Shown here piece by piece: positions 31,436 through 43,106 of a stretch of DNA of 64,000 nucleotides. A program made the translations under genes and the position numbers. Source of the DNA: Ignavibacteriota bacterium (GTDB taxonomy: Bacteria > Bacteroidota > Ignavibacteria > UBA10030 > CAVZMI01); NCBI GenBank assembly GCA_963776275.1, contig CAVZMI010000027.1, positions 17,939-81,938 of the forward strand, in the 5' to 3' direction. A model generated the notes under the pieces. That model was not told the origin of the DNA. It saw only the letters and a program-made list of their open reading frames with translations, and did no database searches. The number at the start of each line of letters is the position of its first letter. Position 1 is the stretch's first letter.

Positions 31436-32353
31436 ATGAAAATCCTCATTACCGACGGCATATCACCTGAAGGGGCGAAAATCCTTACTGATGCGGGCTA
31501 TGAAGTCGTTCAGAAAAAACTCACACCGGAAGAACTCGTCGCTCAGATAGGAGTGTATGATTGTATTATTGTTCGCTCGGCAACAAAGGTTACGAAAGAA
31601 GTCATCGAGGCAGGCAAGAATCTAAAAGTAATCGCACGTGGCGGTGTCGGCGTAGATAATATCGATGTGAAGACCGCAGAACAACGAGGAATTCCCGTGC
31701 TGAATACCCCGGGTGCTTCGGCGGTCTCGGTTGCGGAGCTCGCTATTGGCCATATGCTGGCAATCAGCCGTTTTCTGCACGTCAGTACAATGGACATGCG
31801 TCAGGGGAAATGGCCCAAGAAGGAATACTCGAACGGTATCGAGTTATACAAAAAAACGCTCGGAATTCTTGGACTCGGCAACATCGGAAAAGAAGTTGCC
31901 CGGCGTGCTCTCGGTATGGGAATGCAGGTCCTCGCCTACGACCCACCATTCACGGCGATGGATTTCTTCGTCGAGATCACTACAAAAGAGCGGCTGTTGA
32001 AAAATTCCGACTTCATCACGCTCCATCTCCCATACGATAAACAGCATGGACCGGCAATAGGAAAAGCGGAATTCGACCAGATGAAAAAGGGAGTGATCCT
32101 GATAAATTGCGCCCGTGGCGGCGTAGTCGATGAGGCGGCTCTACTCGACGCACTCAATAGCGGAAAAGTTGCCGGTGCTGCACTCGATGTCTTCATCAAT
32201 GAACCACCGACCGAAGCCCAACATGCGCTGATCAATCATCCGCGCGTCAGTGTCTCGCCACATATTGGCGGTCAGACAATCGAGGCACAGGATCGCGTCG
32301 GGACAGAGATCGCGCTCAAAGTCATTAAAACACTTACACCGGAAAAAGTATAG
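31436..32353 (+). CDS. serA: D-3-phosphoglycerate dehydrogenase (short form, no ACT domain)
   Basis: VRSATKV, GVGVDNID, GLGNIG, NCARGG and PHIGGQT. Divergent from serC. Confidence 0.9.
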   Translation: MKILITDGISPEGAKILTDAGYEVVQKKLTPEELVAQIGVYDCIIVRSATKVTKEVIEAGKNLKVIARGGVGVDNIDVKTAEQRGIPVLNTPGASAVSVAELAIGHMLAISRFLHVSTMDMRQGKWPKKEYSNGIELYKKTLGILGLGNIGKEVARRALGMGMQVLAYDPPFTAMDFFVEITTKERLLKNSDFITLHLPYDKQHGPAIGKAEFDQMKKGVILINCARGGVVDEAALLDALNSGKVAGAALDVFINEPPTEAQHALINHPRVSVSPHIGGQTIEAQDRVGTEIALKVIKTLTPEKV

Positions 32354-32371
32354 CCCATATTTGAGACCTTC

Positions 32372-33613
32372 ATGGCCACACTGCGACCGTTCATCGCATA
32401 TCGACCAAGACCTGAATTCGCCGCCGAGGTCGCGGCAAGACCCTATGATGTTCTTGACTCCGATGAGGCCCGTGAAGAAGTGAAAGGGCATCCGTACTCA
32501 TTTTTACACGTCGGAAAACCCGAAGTCGATCTCGATCCTTCAATTAATCTGCACGACCCACGCGTTTACGAAAAAGGAAAAGAGAATCTTCAAAAACTTA
32601 TTCATGATGGTATCCTTATCCCCGATACCGCTCCATGTCTGTACGTCTATGCCCAGACAATGAACGGCCGTACCCAGTATGGAATTGTCGGATGCGCATC
32701 GGTCGAGGAATACTGGAACGGCACGATCAAGAAACACGAGCTAACACGGAAGGACAAGGAAGAAGACCGCTGTAATCATGTGCGCGTGACGAATTCACAC
32801 AGCGGACCCATTTTCCTCATCTATCCGGATGACACACCGATTAACGAGATCGTGGCAAGAACCGTTACACATCCCCCCGTCAACGATCACGTCGCCGTCG
32901 ATGGCATCCGTCATCAATCGTGGGTGATCAATGATCAGAAGGATATCACTGCACTTACCAATCGTTTTGCAGCAACTCCTTATCTCTATATTGCCGATGG
33001 GCACCACCGCTCAGCGGCGGCATCAACTGTTGGACGCGAACGGAAAGCCGCAAATCCACATCACCGCGGCAACGAGGAATATAATTTTTTCCTGGCGGTG
33101 GCATTCCCTGCGAGTCAGTTAAGGATTATGGATTATAATCGGCTGGTAAAAGATCTCAACGGACTTACAGCGGATCAATTTTTTACACGTTGCAAAGAAC
33201 ACTTCACGGTTCAACCCGCTTCAGAACAGGTGCATCCCGGAAAGAAAGGCGATATCGGTGTGTATTTAGAAAAGAAATGTTACACATTGAGTGCATCTCC
33301 ATCAATCAGTAATAATCCTGATCCGGTCCTCCGGCTAGACGTTTCAGTTCTGCAGTATTATCTGCTTGATCCTATACTCGGCATCAAAGATCCGAGGACG
33401 GACAAACGGATTGATTTCGTAGGGGGAATCCGGGGCCTAAGCGAGCTCAAGCGGCGTGTGGATTCGGGCGAGATGGCAATTGCATTCAGTCTGCATCCGA
33501 CATCGATTCACGAGCTGATCTCAATCGCCGATGCAGGAAAAATCATGCCGCCAAAATCGACATGGTTCGAGCCGAAATTACGGGATGGATTATTCGTGCA
33601 TCTTCTTGATTAG
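32372..33613 (+). CDS. DUF1015 family protein
   Basis: PYDV, IKKHELT, YIADGHHR and MPPKSTWFEPKLRDGL. Typical serC/serA neighbour. Confidence 0.95.
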   Translation: MATLRPFIAYRPRPEFAAEVAARPYDVLDSDEAREEVKGHPYSFLHVGKPEVDLDPSINLHDPRVYEKGKENLQKLIHDGILIPDTAPCLYVYAQTMNGRTQYGIVGCASVEEYWNGTIKKHELTRKDKEEDRCNHVRVTNSHSGPIFLIYPDDTPINEIVARTVTHPPVNDHVAVDGIRHQSWVINDQKDITALTNRFAATPYLYIADGHHRSAAASTVGRERKAANPHHRGNEEYNFFLAVAFPASQLRIMDYNRLVKDLNGLTADQFFTRCKEHFTVQPASEQVHPGKKGDIGVYLEKKCYTLSASPSISNNPDPVLRLDVSVLQYYLLDPILGIKDPRTDKRIDFVGGIRGLSELKRRVDSGEMAIAFSLHPTSIHELISIADAGKIMPPKSTWFEPKLRDGLFVHLLD

Positions 33614-33671
33614 GGATTGCATACACTTTATACGTTACCAGTACCTGTCGGGGTTTTGTGTATTCGAGTTA

Positions 33672-35543
33672 TTACTTTTTCTTAAATAACCCTTTCAACG
33701 CACCTTCTATTTTTTCTTTTCCTGCGTCCAATTGTTTTTTCTTCTCTTGATCGATGCGTGCTTCCAGTTCTTTCTTCTTTGAATCAACTAACGCAAGTTT
33801 CTCATTAACTATGCTTTCATATCCATTTATACGCGACTGAATCTCGCCTTTTTTCTGATTGAATACTTTTTCTAACTCCTGCCGTTTCTCACTGATTTTC
33901 TCGTTCACCTTTTGACGGATATCATTTTCGATCCGTGCGATCTCGTCTCCGATAACTTTCTTAGTCCGCCCCGCCAATTGTTCATCGAGATCGGTGGACA
34001 ATGCAACATCGAAATTTTCTGCCGTTTTCCAGAGCCGCACCTTGACTTCAAAACCCTGAATTGCCGCAAGAACATCGCGTACGATTCGTTCGACATCGGT
34101 CTGTGGAGCACGTTCGAATATAATTGCCGCATCACTGAAGTCAATCCGGGCATGTGAATCGAAATTATCTCCGGGTACATCGACCTCGGCATCGATTTTT
34201 GCCGACGCCCGGGCAATCTTTGAGGGGAGAAAATCGGAACTCCCTACATTAAATGATCCTACCGGAACTCCGGAAAGAACTGCTGAATAGTGATCGTGCG
34301 ATATCTCCGATCGGCGATCCAACATTGCATCAAACATTAAAGATGTATGCCCTCCTCTGTTTGCTTCAAGTGCGATAGTCAATGGTGCACCGACCACCCG
34401 CTGATCTGTCGTTATATTATTCACTTCACCATGGCCATAGTAATATTCCGGATCCTGTTGTTGATCGGTTCCCCCGGAAATCAATATTTTTTTAATCCAG
34501 AATTTCGGATAACTGTGGTCTGTGGTAAACCGGATATTCTGTCCTTTCATGCGGGGCGGACTTTCATTTTCTGTTTCCGGAGAAGACTTTGGCATTTTCG
34601 ACTTGATCAAGTCCACCCATGAGAGATAATAATTTGCATCGGATAGAATTTTTTTCCCGAGCAGGAGTTTCGCAATCCCCTGCATGCTGAAATCCGGAAG
34701 TCTGGCCAATCCTTTCACCCGTTCATAATCCGCTTTTGCCAGATCGTCAATCATCCCTACCGAATTAGTTAGTGAAGTAATTTCATTAGTGATGGCTGTC
34801 CGCCGTGTAGTAAAAACCTCGTTCAGATCATTAACGTTTTTGTAAGACGAATTGACATTCGCAATCGCCGTGGTGATACTTTCGATTGTTTTCAGTTCGT
34901 TAATATTAATTGCCTTGATGTTCGCTTCGATTTCAGAAATCTTTTGTTTTGATTTTTCAACGTCAGCCAATGTAGCTTCCCATTGCTTACCCGCTGTTTC
35001 AACCTGTTTCTTCAGCGTATCGATATGCTGTATTGATCGGAACGAATGAACATCAAGGAGACTATCGATCTTCAATTCCTTTTTTAATTTTGACAGATCG
35101 AATACAGGAGCTTGCGATACCTCTCTTGTCAGAACTGAGGATACTTGATTTGTTAATGAAGGAGACGATGGTGGCGGTGACGGAGGTTTTGGTATTGACC
35201 CGTCGGTGGTCCGCTTTGTACCGATGATAAAATTGTTCACCTCCATGGTTTCAATGATGTATTTATTCCGGAGGAGTTGTCCGATATCCAGAGCCGCGCG
35301 AACCTTCCCCGTTTCAAAAATATTCTTCCACGGGTCGTGTGAATTGGCTACTTGAAACCGGTCGAATTCGAGTGCGAGTGGAGACAGGGACACACGGAAG
35401 CCGTCGATTTCAACCTTTGCGCCGACAATCGCCTCACCAGCCGATTCCAATCCCGATTCGATCCATCGATCAATAAACAGATAGATGATGATGCCCAGGA
35501 GAAGTACCGGAAGTAGGATGAAATAGACAAATTTTTTTCTCAC
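33672..35543 (-). CDS. TIGR03545 family protein
   Basis: N-terminal membrane anchor, GAKVEID, coiled-coil regions and PKFWIKKI. Paired with TIGR03546. Confidence 0.85.
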   Translation of the reverse strand: MRKKFVYFILLPVLLLGIIIYLFIDRWIESGLESAGEAIVGAKVEIDGFRVSLSPLALEFDRFQVANSHDPWKNIFETGKVRAALDIGQLLRNKYIIETMEVNNFIIGTKRTTDGSIPKPPSPPPSSPSLTNQVSSVLTREVSQAPVFDLSKLKKELKIDSLLDVHSFRSIQHIDTLKKQVETAGKQWEATLADVEKSKQKISEIEANIKAININELKTIESITTAIANVNSSYKNVNDLNEVFTTRRTAITNEITSLTNSVGMIDDLAKADYERVKGLARLPDFSMQGIAKLLLGKKILSDANYYLSWVDLIKSKMPKSSPETENESPPRMKGQNIRFTTDHSYPKFWIKKILISGGTDQQQDPEYYYGHGEVNNITTDQRVVGAPLTIALEANRGGHTSLMFDAMLDRRSEISHDHYSAVLSGVPVGSFNVGSSDFLPSKIARASAKIDAEVDVPGDNFDSHARIDFSDAAIIFERAPQTDVERIVRDVLAAIQGFEVKVRLWKTAENFDVALSTDLDEQLAGRTKKVIGDEIARIENDIRQKVNEKISEKRQELEKVFNQKKGEIQSRINGYESIVNEKLALVDSKKKELEARIDQEKKKQLDAGKEKIEGALKGLFKKK

Positions 35544-35545
35544 GG

Positions 35546-36070
35546 TTAACGTCCTAAATCTCTAATTTTAGTGTACCAGCGAACAAAAACGCTTCGATTT
35601 ATGGCCTGGTATATTTTCCATTTCTCAACTTTGGATCCCACATGACTCCTATACGCCATAACAAAACGCTTCATTCCCATATGAATCGGGAAAAAGAGGA
35701 TGAGAGCGCTTACAAAACTTCCGAGAACGACAGTATTATAGAATCGTGTAAGTGGGGCAATGGGCATATTATATAGGGTCGTCCACATTCCTTTAAGTGC
35801 ATCAGTGTTTACTAGTAGCGCATATCCCAATCGGTGGAACAGCGGATCAAGCAGATATGCAAAAAGAGAAAAGAGAGTGAATGAAAAAAGTGCCGAGGAT
35901 AGATTCACATCAAGGACAAGGATAATCAGCCAGATAAGAATCCCCTGGAGCGTGAATGAAGGAGATAATCCGATAATTGCACCGAGAGCAAACCCGCCTG
36001 CAATCTGGTTTGGTGTTTGCCCTGCACGAAGGATTTTTATGAAATCCCTGATGATTTTAAGCCAGAACAT
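35546..36070 (-). CDS. TIGR03546 family membrane protein
   Basis: TPNQIAGGFALG, DPLFHRLG and TRFYNTVVLGS. Confidence 0.9.
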   Translation of the reverse strand: MFWLKIIRDFIKILRAGQTPNQIAGGFALGAIIGLSPSFTLQGILIWLIILVLDVNLSSALFSFTLFSLFAYLLDPLFHRLGYALLVNTDALKGMWTTLYNMPIAPLTRFYNTVVLGSFVSALILFFPIHMGMKRFVMAYRSHVGSKVEKWKIYQAINRSVFVRWYTKIRDLGR

Positions 36071-36212
36071 TTTTCCCTCTTAATACTCTGTGAATATCGA
36101 TGATTTTGTACATCTGGGATGATTATGTCCTCTTATTTCAAAAGAAAGAAAAAACCTCCCGACCACCGGATAGAGGAAACGTGCTCAGAAGCTATATTGA
36201 ATAACGATAATC

Positions 36213-38507
36213 TTATCTCATTTCCGGTGGAGGAATTGCCACCTCACTCACTCCCCATGTCATATTGGGATCTTCACCCATCTCGAACACCACTATTGCA
36301 CCCTGGAGAATTTCGTTATGAGTAACATACAGCCGGTTGAGTTGATTGCCGTTTAAAGTTGCCGACTGTATATATTTGCTTGTGTTCGATACATTCTTGG
36401 CTGTTACTATAAAAGGTTTCCCTCCTCCTGTTTCGATCAGTACATTCTCAAAATACGGGTTCCCGATGATATAAGCGCCTTCTGCAGGATTCACCGGATA
36501 GAAGCCGATCGCACTGAAGACATACCATGCGGAGAGTTGTCCGCAGTCATCATTTCCACATAATCCTTCGGGTGTATCCTGATACAGACTATCGAGAATA
36601 TTGCGAATGCGTGATTGCGTTTTCCACGGCATACCGGCATAATCGTACAGATAGGCAATATGGTGACTCGGTGCGGTTCCGTGTGCATACAAACCGAGCA
36701 AACCGGTAATTTCAGACGATGGATTATCGCCTGTAATTGTTGGTTCTTGCTCGAACAGCTCATCGAGTTTTTCAACGAACCGTTCCTGCCCACCCATTAA
36801 TCCTATCAACCCACGAATATCGTGCGGGACAAACCACGTGTATTGCCATGCCGTGGCGGACGTATAATCGTCATTACGACTGGCAGAGAATCGTGGGTCA
36901 AATGGATCTTTCCAAGAACCGTCGGAAAGCTTTGGCCGCATAAACCCAGATCCACGATCATAAACATTCTTGTAATATCCGGCACGCTTGAGAAATTCCG
37001 AATAATCATCTACGTTCCCAAGAACTTTCGCCAACTGTGCTATACACCAGTCATCGAAGGCAAAATCTAATGTTTTAGATACCGACTCGATTTCTTTATC
37101 AGCCGGTATGAAACCATTTTTGACATATTGATCCAGATCGGACTCGGATCGTGTCGCTTTTTGTTTCAACATCGCGTATGCTTCCTCGATATTGAACGAA
37201 CGGATGCCTTTGAGATACGCATCCACAATGACAGGAGCCGTGTAATTTTCACTTGCTCCGTGTATTTCATTCCCGAACAAAGGCCATGAAGGTAATGTGC
37301 CTGCTTCTCGACAGAAGGCAAGGAGCGACTGGATCATATCGCCAACCTTGTCTTTTTGCAGTATTGTCAAAAGTGGATGTTCTGCGCGGTATGTATCCCA
37401 GAGTGAAAAGGTCGAGTAGTGCGTGTATTCCCGCGCGATATGGATTGCACCATCTGCTCCACGATAATTCCCATCGATATCAGAATCGATGACCGGTGCA
37501 AGCATGGTATGATATAGTGCTGTATAGAAGATTCGCTTTGCTACGAGATCCAGCGTTTCGATTTTTATTTTACTAAGCTCTTTCGACCACCTTACCTTTG
37601 CTGCTTCCCGGATTGCATCGAAATCCCATCTGGGGACTTCTCTATCCAGATTTTTCAATGCTCCTTCATAACTGACAAAGGAAATTCCGACTTTGATTAT
37701 AAGCGGATCACCCGGTGATGTGCTGTACTTGAATACACCCTTTACATTCCGACCTGTCAGCGAGCGGTTCCCGACGCCGAGTGTACGTCCGACACCTAGT
37801 GCAAATTTCTTAAACGGTTTCGAAAATTTCGCGATAAAAAAAACTTTTTGATCGTTTGCATATCCAGTCGAGAACCTGTATCCGCTGATTACACTGTCAT
37901 TGTCGACATTCATTCGTGTTTCAGTCGGTTGATCACTATTGATCGAAAATCCAAGGTCTATTAACACCACGGAATTATCGCTGCGAGGGAATGTATAGCG
38001 ATGAACCCCGCACCGTTGCGTAGCGGTTAATTCCACATCAACATTATAATCGGTCAAGAGAACCCGATAATATCCCGGCGATGCTTCTTCATTTTGATGA
38101 GAGAAACGCGAGCGAAGATCCCGTCTCGGAAAATCAATGACATTTGCGTCAAATGAAACAACACCGACCGACGGCATAAAAAGAATATCATAGAGCTCGC
38201 CAAAATTTGTCCCGCTTAGATGCGTATGACTGAACCCTGCAATCACCGAATCGCGATAATAATATCCAGAGCACCAATCCGGGCCACTTCGACCGTTATC
38301 AGGACTCAACTGTACCATTCCGAATGGGACTGTTGCCCCTGGGTACGTATGACCGCCAGAAGTCCCTATCATCGGATCGACGTATGTAACCGGATCTTCA
38401 CTCCCCAGCCGCTGGCTATACGAAACACCGAGAACACACTGCAATACTAATCCTATTACACCCACTACAAATACAAGAAAACCTATTTTTTTGAATAATG
38501 TGTTCAT
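36213..38507 (-). CDS. GH92 family alpha-mannosidase-like protein (active-site motifs altered)
   Basis: VDPMIGT, PFGMVQLSPD, FSHTHLSG, SLWDTYR and GNDDCGQLSAWY. Start inferred at MNTLF with an RBS. Confidence 0.93.
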   Translation of the reverse strand: MNTLFKKIGFLVFVVGVIGLVLQCVLGVSYSQRLGSEDPVTYVDPMIGTSGGHTYPGATVPFGMVQLSPDNGRSGPDWCSGYYYRDSVIAGFSHTHLSGTNFGELYDILFMPSVGVVSFDANVIDFPRRDLRSRFSHQNEEASPGYYRVLLTDYNVDVELTATQRCGVHRYTFPRSDNSVVLIDLGFSINSDQPTETRMNVDNDSVISGYRFSTGYANDQKVFFIAKFSKPFKKFALGVGRTLGVGNRSLTGRNVKGVFKYSTSPGDPLIIKVGISFVSYEGALKNLDREVPRWDFDAIREAAKVRWSKELSKIKIETLDLVAKRIFYTALYHTMLAPVIDSDIDGNYRGADGAIHIAREYTHYSTFSLWDTYRAEHPLLTILQKDKVGDMIQSLLAFCREAGTLPSWPLFGNEIHGASENYTAPVIVDAYLKGIRSFNIEEAYAMLKQKATRSESDLDQYVKNGFIPADKEIESVSKTLDFAFDDWCIAQLAKVLGNVDDYSEFLKRAGYYKNVYDRGSGFMRPKLSDGSWKDPFDPRFSASRNDDYTSATAWQYTWFVPHDIRGLIGLMGGQERFVEKLDELFEQEPTITGDNPSSEITGLLGLYAHGTAPSHHIAYLYDYAGMPWKTQSRIRNILDSLYQDTPEGLCGNDDCGQLSAWYVFSAIGFYPVNPAEGAYIIGNPYFENVLIETGGGKPFIVTAKNVSNTSKYIQSATLNGNQLNRLYVTHNEILQGAIVVFEMGEDPNMTWGVSEVAIPPPEMR

Positions 38508-38793
38508 CGTGCACTCCCTTATCATGAAAACAATCGCTGTAATGAAGACTGCTTCCTTCAATTTCCAGTTGATCCAGGTGCAGAGTGGGCAGATGTTAAA
38601 TGCCTGTTTTTCATGCTTACCTTGAATTTACTAACTGTTTCAATCTCAATCAACTACATACCTTGTAACATCAAGAATCCCGATAAAGATGTGGAAATTT
38701 TCGCGGAACCGAAAAAGTCACATTTCCCCTCAAAATAGCAAGATTTCCAGTAAGTTATATCTATTTCGCTCGTCAGTGTATCTGTTCCCATAA

Positions 38794-39906
38794 CTATTCT
38801 TCATTGTCCAGATAACGTAATGCATAAGCGTAGGCACCAATAGAAACGGCTGTACTCGTGCCAAGACGTGTTGTCCCGACTCCGATTCTTTGCAGCGGAT
38901 CATACGCGATGGTTTTCGCCGTTCCGGGAACTCTAATAGTTCGCTCATCAACACGGATAAATGCGTTAAGTTCTTCCGGGTTGTCAAGATTGAATGCCTG
39001 TGTTTCAAGTCGTCTGACACTCCCTCCATTCACCTGGTCAAAACGGCTGTTGAGCTCTACAACAACTCTTGGCATAAAAAGTTCGGCAGCACCGGCAAGT
39101 CCTCCTCCGATGACAATAATCCCGTCGACCAGAGTGATAGCGTTGGCAAGGGCATCGCCAACTACTTCGCCCATCATGTGGAATGCTTCCCTTGCAGCTG
39201 CCATATTCCCTTCCGCTTCCCCTCTCGCTATACGAAAAAGTTGTTTCGGTTCAGGTACCGATTCATCCGGGACACCCACAGCTGATGCATAGAACCTTTT
39301 CACGCCACGGATGGATGCACCCTCCTCGGCATTGAGATTCTTCTCAAATTTATTGCGCATGAGCCAGATTTCGCCCGCCGCCGAATTATCCCCGACGACC
39401 AGATTTCCATCAATTACAATTCCTCCTCCGAAACCGGTACCTAGTGTTATACCAAAGAGATTCCAAAAACGCTTTGAGCTTCCAGCATTTTCAAGTAATC
39501 GATTCACTTCTGGTAGAAGGCCGGCAATCGCTTCACCAAATACAAACAGGTTACCATCATTATTAATAAAAACCGGCAGAGAAAATTTCTCCTCTAGGAA
39601 AGATCCCAACGCAACTCCCCCCCGGAATGCCGGGAGATTGCCGAGATCACCAATGATCCCTCTGGGATAATCTGCCGGCCCGGGAAATGCGAAACTGATC
39701 GCGACAGGATCTTTCTTGAGAATATCCCGTACCTGGGTGAAACCATGCGTGATGGTGTTAAGACACAGCTCAAGATTATCGGCATGGGAAGGAAAGGTAA
39801 TCGGTGTAACTATTTCTTTATTAGCCTGGATCGCAGAGAATACAAAATTTGTTCCTCCTGCATCCAGCGTCATCACAATACGCTCATCACTTTCGTACTG
39901 TCTCAT
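38794..39906 (-). CDS. ROK family sugar kinase
   Basis: LDAGGT, FINNDG, TLGTGFGGG and AGEIW. Confidence 0.92.
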   Translation of the reverse strand: MRQYESDERIVMTLDAGGTNFVFSAIQANKEIVTPITFPSHADNLELCLNTITHGFTQVRDILKKDPVAISFAFPGPADYPRGIIGDLGNLPAFRGGVALGSFLEEKFSLPVFINNDGNLFVFGEAIAGLLPEVNRLLENAGSSKRFWNLFGITLGTGFGGGIVIDGNLVVGDNSAAGEIWLMRNKFEKNLNAEEGASIRGVKRFYASAVGVPDESVPEPKQLFRIARGEAEGNMAAAREAFHMMGEVVGDALANAITLVDGIIVIGGGLAGAAELFMPRVVVELNSRFDQVNGGSVRRLETQAFNLDNPEELNAFIRVDERTIRVPGTAKTIAYDPLQRIGVGTTRLGTSTAVSIGAYAYALRYLDNEE

Positions 39907-39920
39907 GAACGTTCCTTAAA

Positions 39921-41066
39921 TTATGCCCGTCTGGGCGATCTCAACGATACAATGGTAATATAGACGAGAGCAGACAACGGTACAATAAATCCCGCGACGA
40001 CATTAACCGCATCAGCGACCGCTCCCATCAGAAGAGGAAGTATGGCACCACCAACAATCGCGGTGACCATCAGTCCTGATAATTCATTGGTGCGTTCCGG
40101 CATTGCATCAACTGTAATTGAAAACACCAGCGGGAATATATTTGCAAAACCGAGCCCGATGACAAACATACTGATAACAGCGATGCTTTGAATACCGGTG
40201 AAGAGACCGAGGATACCGATGACCGATAGAAGCGATGTAATGATAAAGAATCGTTGTGGTGAGAGTTTGTCCAATATGATGGATCCGAGAAATCTTCCGG
40301 TCATCAAAGCCAAGAAAAAGAGCCCTGTCCCGAGAACACCGAGTGTCGAGATATCGACTCCGAATGTTTTTTCCAGATAGAGCGGGATACCGGCACTCAT
40401 GCACACTTCTGCTCCGACATAGACAAAAATTGCTATGACCATCATAAGAACGAATTTATTTTTTAAAAGCGCAAAACAGGATGAAAAGCTGGCTGGAGGC
40501 GCATTCTCCTTCTTCTGTTCCTCCACTTTCATGGTCGACACAAAAAGAATTGTAATAAGAATTGCGATGCTATAAATCGGAAAAAGGATTTCCCAGCTGC
40601 TTGCGAACCATGCTGCCGCCAGCGCCGGAATAACCGGCCCGGAGAGTGAACCAATGGCTTTAATAAATTGCCCGAGCGACAGATTGCGGGAATATTTTCC
40701 CGGTGGCGAGACATCGCGCATAATTGGATTTCCGGCGACCTGAAGTATCGTAGCACCGGCACCTAACAGGAGTACCGTCAGAAGAAACAGCACATATGAT
40801 GAAAGTCCAAAAATCGGGATGAGAAGTCCGAGCAGCGCAACGGTTAAACCGGATAGAAGAATAAACCTCTTCCCCTTCTTATCCTGCACCAGACCCATCG
40901 GTACAGAGAGAATGCCAAACATAATAAACCCCATGAATGCAATGAACTGGGCTTCGATGTTCGTGAGGTGAAAATTATTCTTTGCTAATCCGACAAAGGG
41001 ACCGACAGCATCGCCGAATCCCATGACGAGAAAAGCGAGAAACACCGGCAGTGTCTTAGATTTCAT
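39921..41066 (-). CDS. MFS sugar permease (FucP/GluP-like)
   Basis: About 12 TM segments, LQVAGNP, YVGAEV and AIVGGAILP. Confidence 0.9.
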   Translation of the reverse strand: MKSKTLPVFLAFLVMGFGDAVGPFVGLAKNNFHLTNIEAQFIAFMGFIMFGILSVPMGLVQDKKGKRFILLSGLTVALLGLLIPIFGLSSYVLFLLTVLLLGAGATILQVAGNPIMRDVSPPGKYSRNLSLGQFIKAIGSLSGPVIPALAAAWFASSWEILFPIYSIAILITILFVSTMKVEEQKKENAPPASFSSCFALLKNKFVLMMVIAIFVYVGAEVCMSAGIPLYLEKTFGVDISTLGVLGTGLFFLALMTGRFLGSIILDKLSPQRFFIITSLLSVIGILGLFTGIQSIAVISMFVIGLGFANIFPLVFSITVDAMPERTNELSGLMVTAIVGGAILPLLMGAVADAVNVVAGFIVPLSALVYITIVSLRSPRRA

Positions 41067-41198
41067 GGAGCCTCCGTATAGTTATCGACTACTCTGGGAA
41101 TGTGCAAAGCAGGTAATCACAAATAAGATAACAGAAATCATAATAGAAACAAAGAATACGTGGGAGTCTTCTTGTGCAGGTTATATGACAGGTAAAAA

Positions 41199-41714
41199 CT
41201 ATTTATTTTCAAATAACTTTTTGAGTTTTGGTGTGATAACAAGTCTGCAATAGGGGGCCTCAGGATTGACCTTGTAGTAATCCTGATGATAGTTTTCTGC
41301 GGGGTAGAAGTTGGTCAGCGGGAGTATCTCCGTCACTATCGGGTCGTGAAAATTCTTCTGAGCATCAACTTTTATCTTTTCTGCGAGATGTTTCTGATTT
41401 TCATCGTGATAGAAAATAACCGAACGGTACTGTGTCCCGATGTCTGCACCCTGCCGATTAGGGGTAGTCGGGTCATGACATTCCCAGAAGATGTGAAGTA
41501 ACCGTTCATAACTTATTTTGGCTGGATCATATGCAATTTGGACTACTTCAGCATGACCTGTTCTTCCCGTGCAGACTTCCTCATAACCGGGATTTGGAAC
41601 CGTTCCACCTGAATATCCGGACACAACGGATTTTACACCATCAAGCCGTTCAAAAACGGCTTCAGTACACCAAAAACACCCGGCACCAAAAGTCGCCTTT
41701 TCTGATTTTGACAT
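41199..41714 (-). CDS. msrA: Peptide-methionine (S)-S-oxide reductase
   Basis: GCFWC, GHAEVV, QGADIGTQYRS and AENYHQDY. Confidence 0.97.
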   Translation of the reverse strand: MSKSEKATFGAGCFWCTEAVFERLDGVKSVVSGYSGGTVPNPGYEEVCTGRTGHAEVVQIAYDPAKISYERLLHIFWECHDPTTPNRQGADIGTQYRSVIFYHDENQKHLAEKIKVDAQKNFHDPIVTEILPLTNFYPAENYHQDYYKVNPEAPYCRLVITPKLKKLFENK

Positions 41715-41929
41715 CTGGTCTTTTCCCAAATAAATCATTTATAAAAGCAGTATACCTGTTATGGATGGAATGAAACCCAAAGAGTGTCCCTCCTTCTGTT
41801 ACACCTCTATAACCCTGATATCGAAGAAGAGGTTCCATCTTCGATGATTGCATAGTAATGAGAATTATTTTTATCATTGATACTTCACTCATTACAGACG
41901 AGAAAGATAGTACAATTATTGGGGGGCCC

Positions 41930-42916
<987 letters not shown>

Positions 42917-43038
42917 TGCATGTCCTTTCTCTATAAAAAATGCGAAAAATTTTCCGTATTTTTTAAACCTTACTCTAATAACGTAAAAAAGAAGTGATAG
43001 GTTCTAAGAGTTATAAAATTGTATGATAAAATAAAGAC

Positions 43039-43070
43039 AAAAAAGCCTCCGCAGCTGCATGGGAGGCTTT
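43039..43070 (-). terminator. Terminator downstream of fba
   Basis: AAAAAAGCCTCC...GGAGGCTTT hairpin. Confidence 0.75.
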
Positions 43071-43106
43071 CGTATACTCTATCATTTGTCCGATGACAAA
43101 TCGGAA

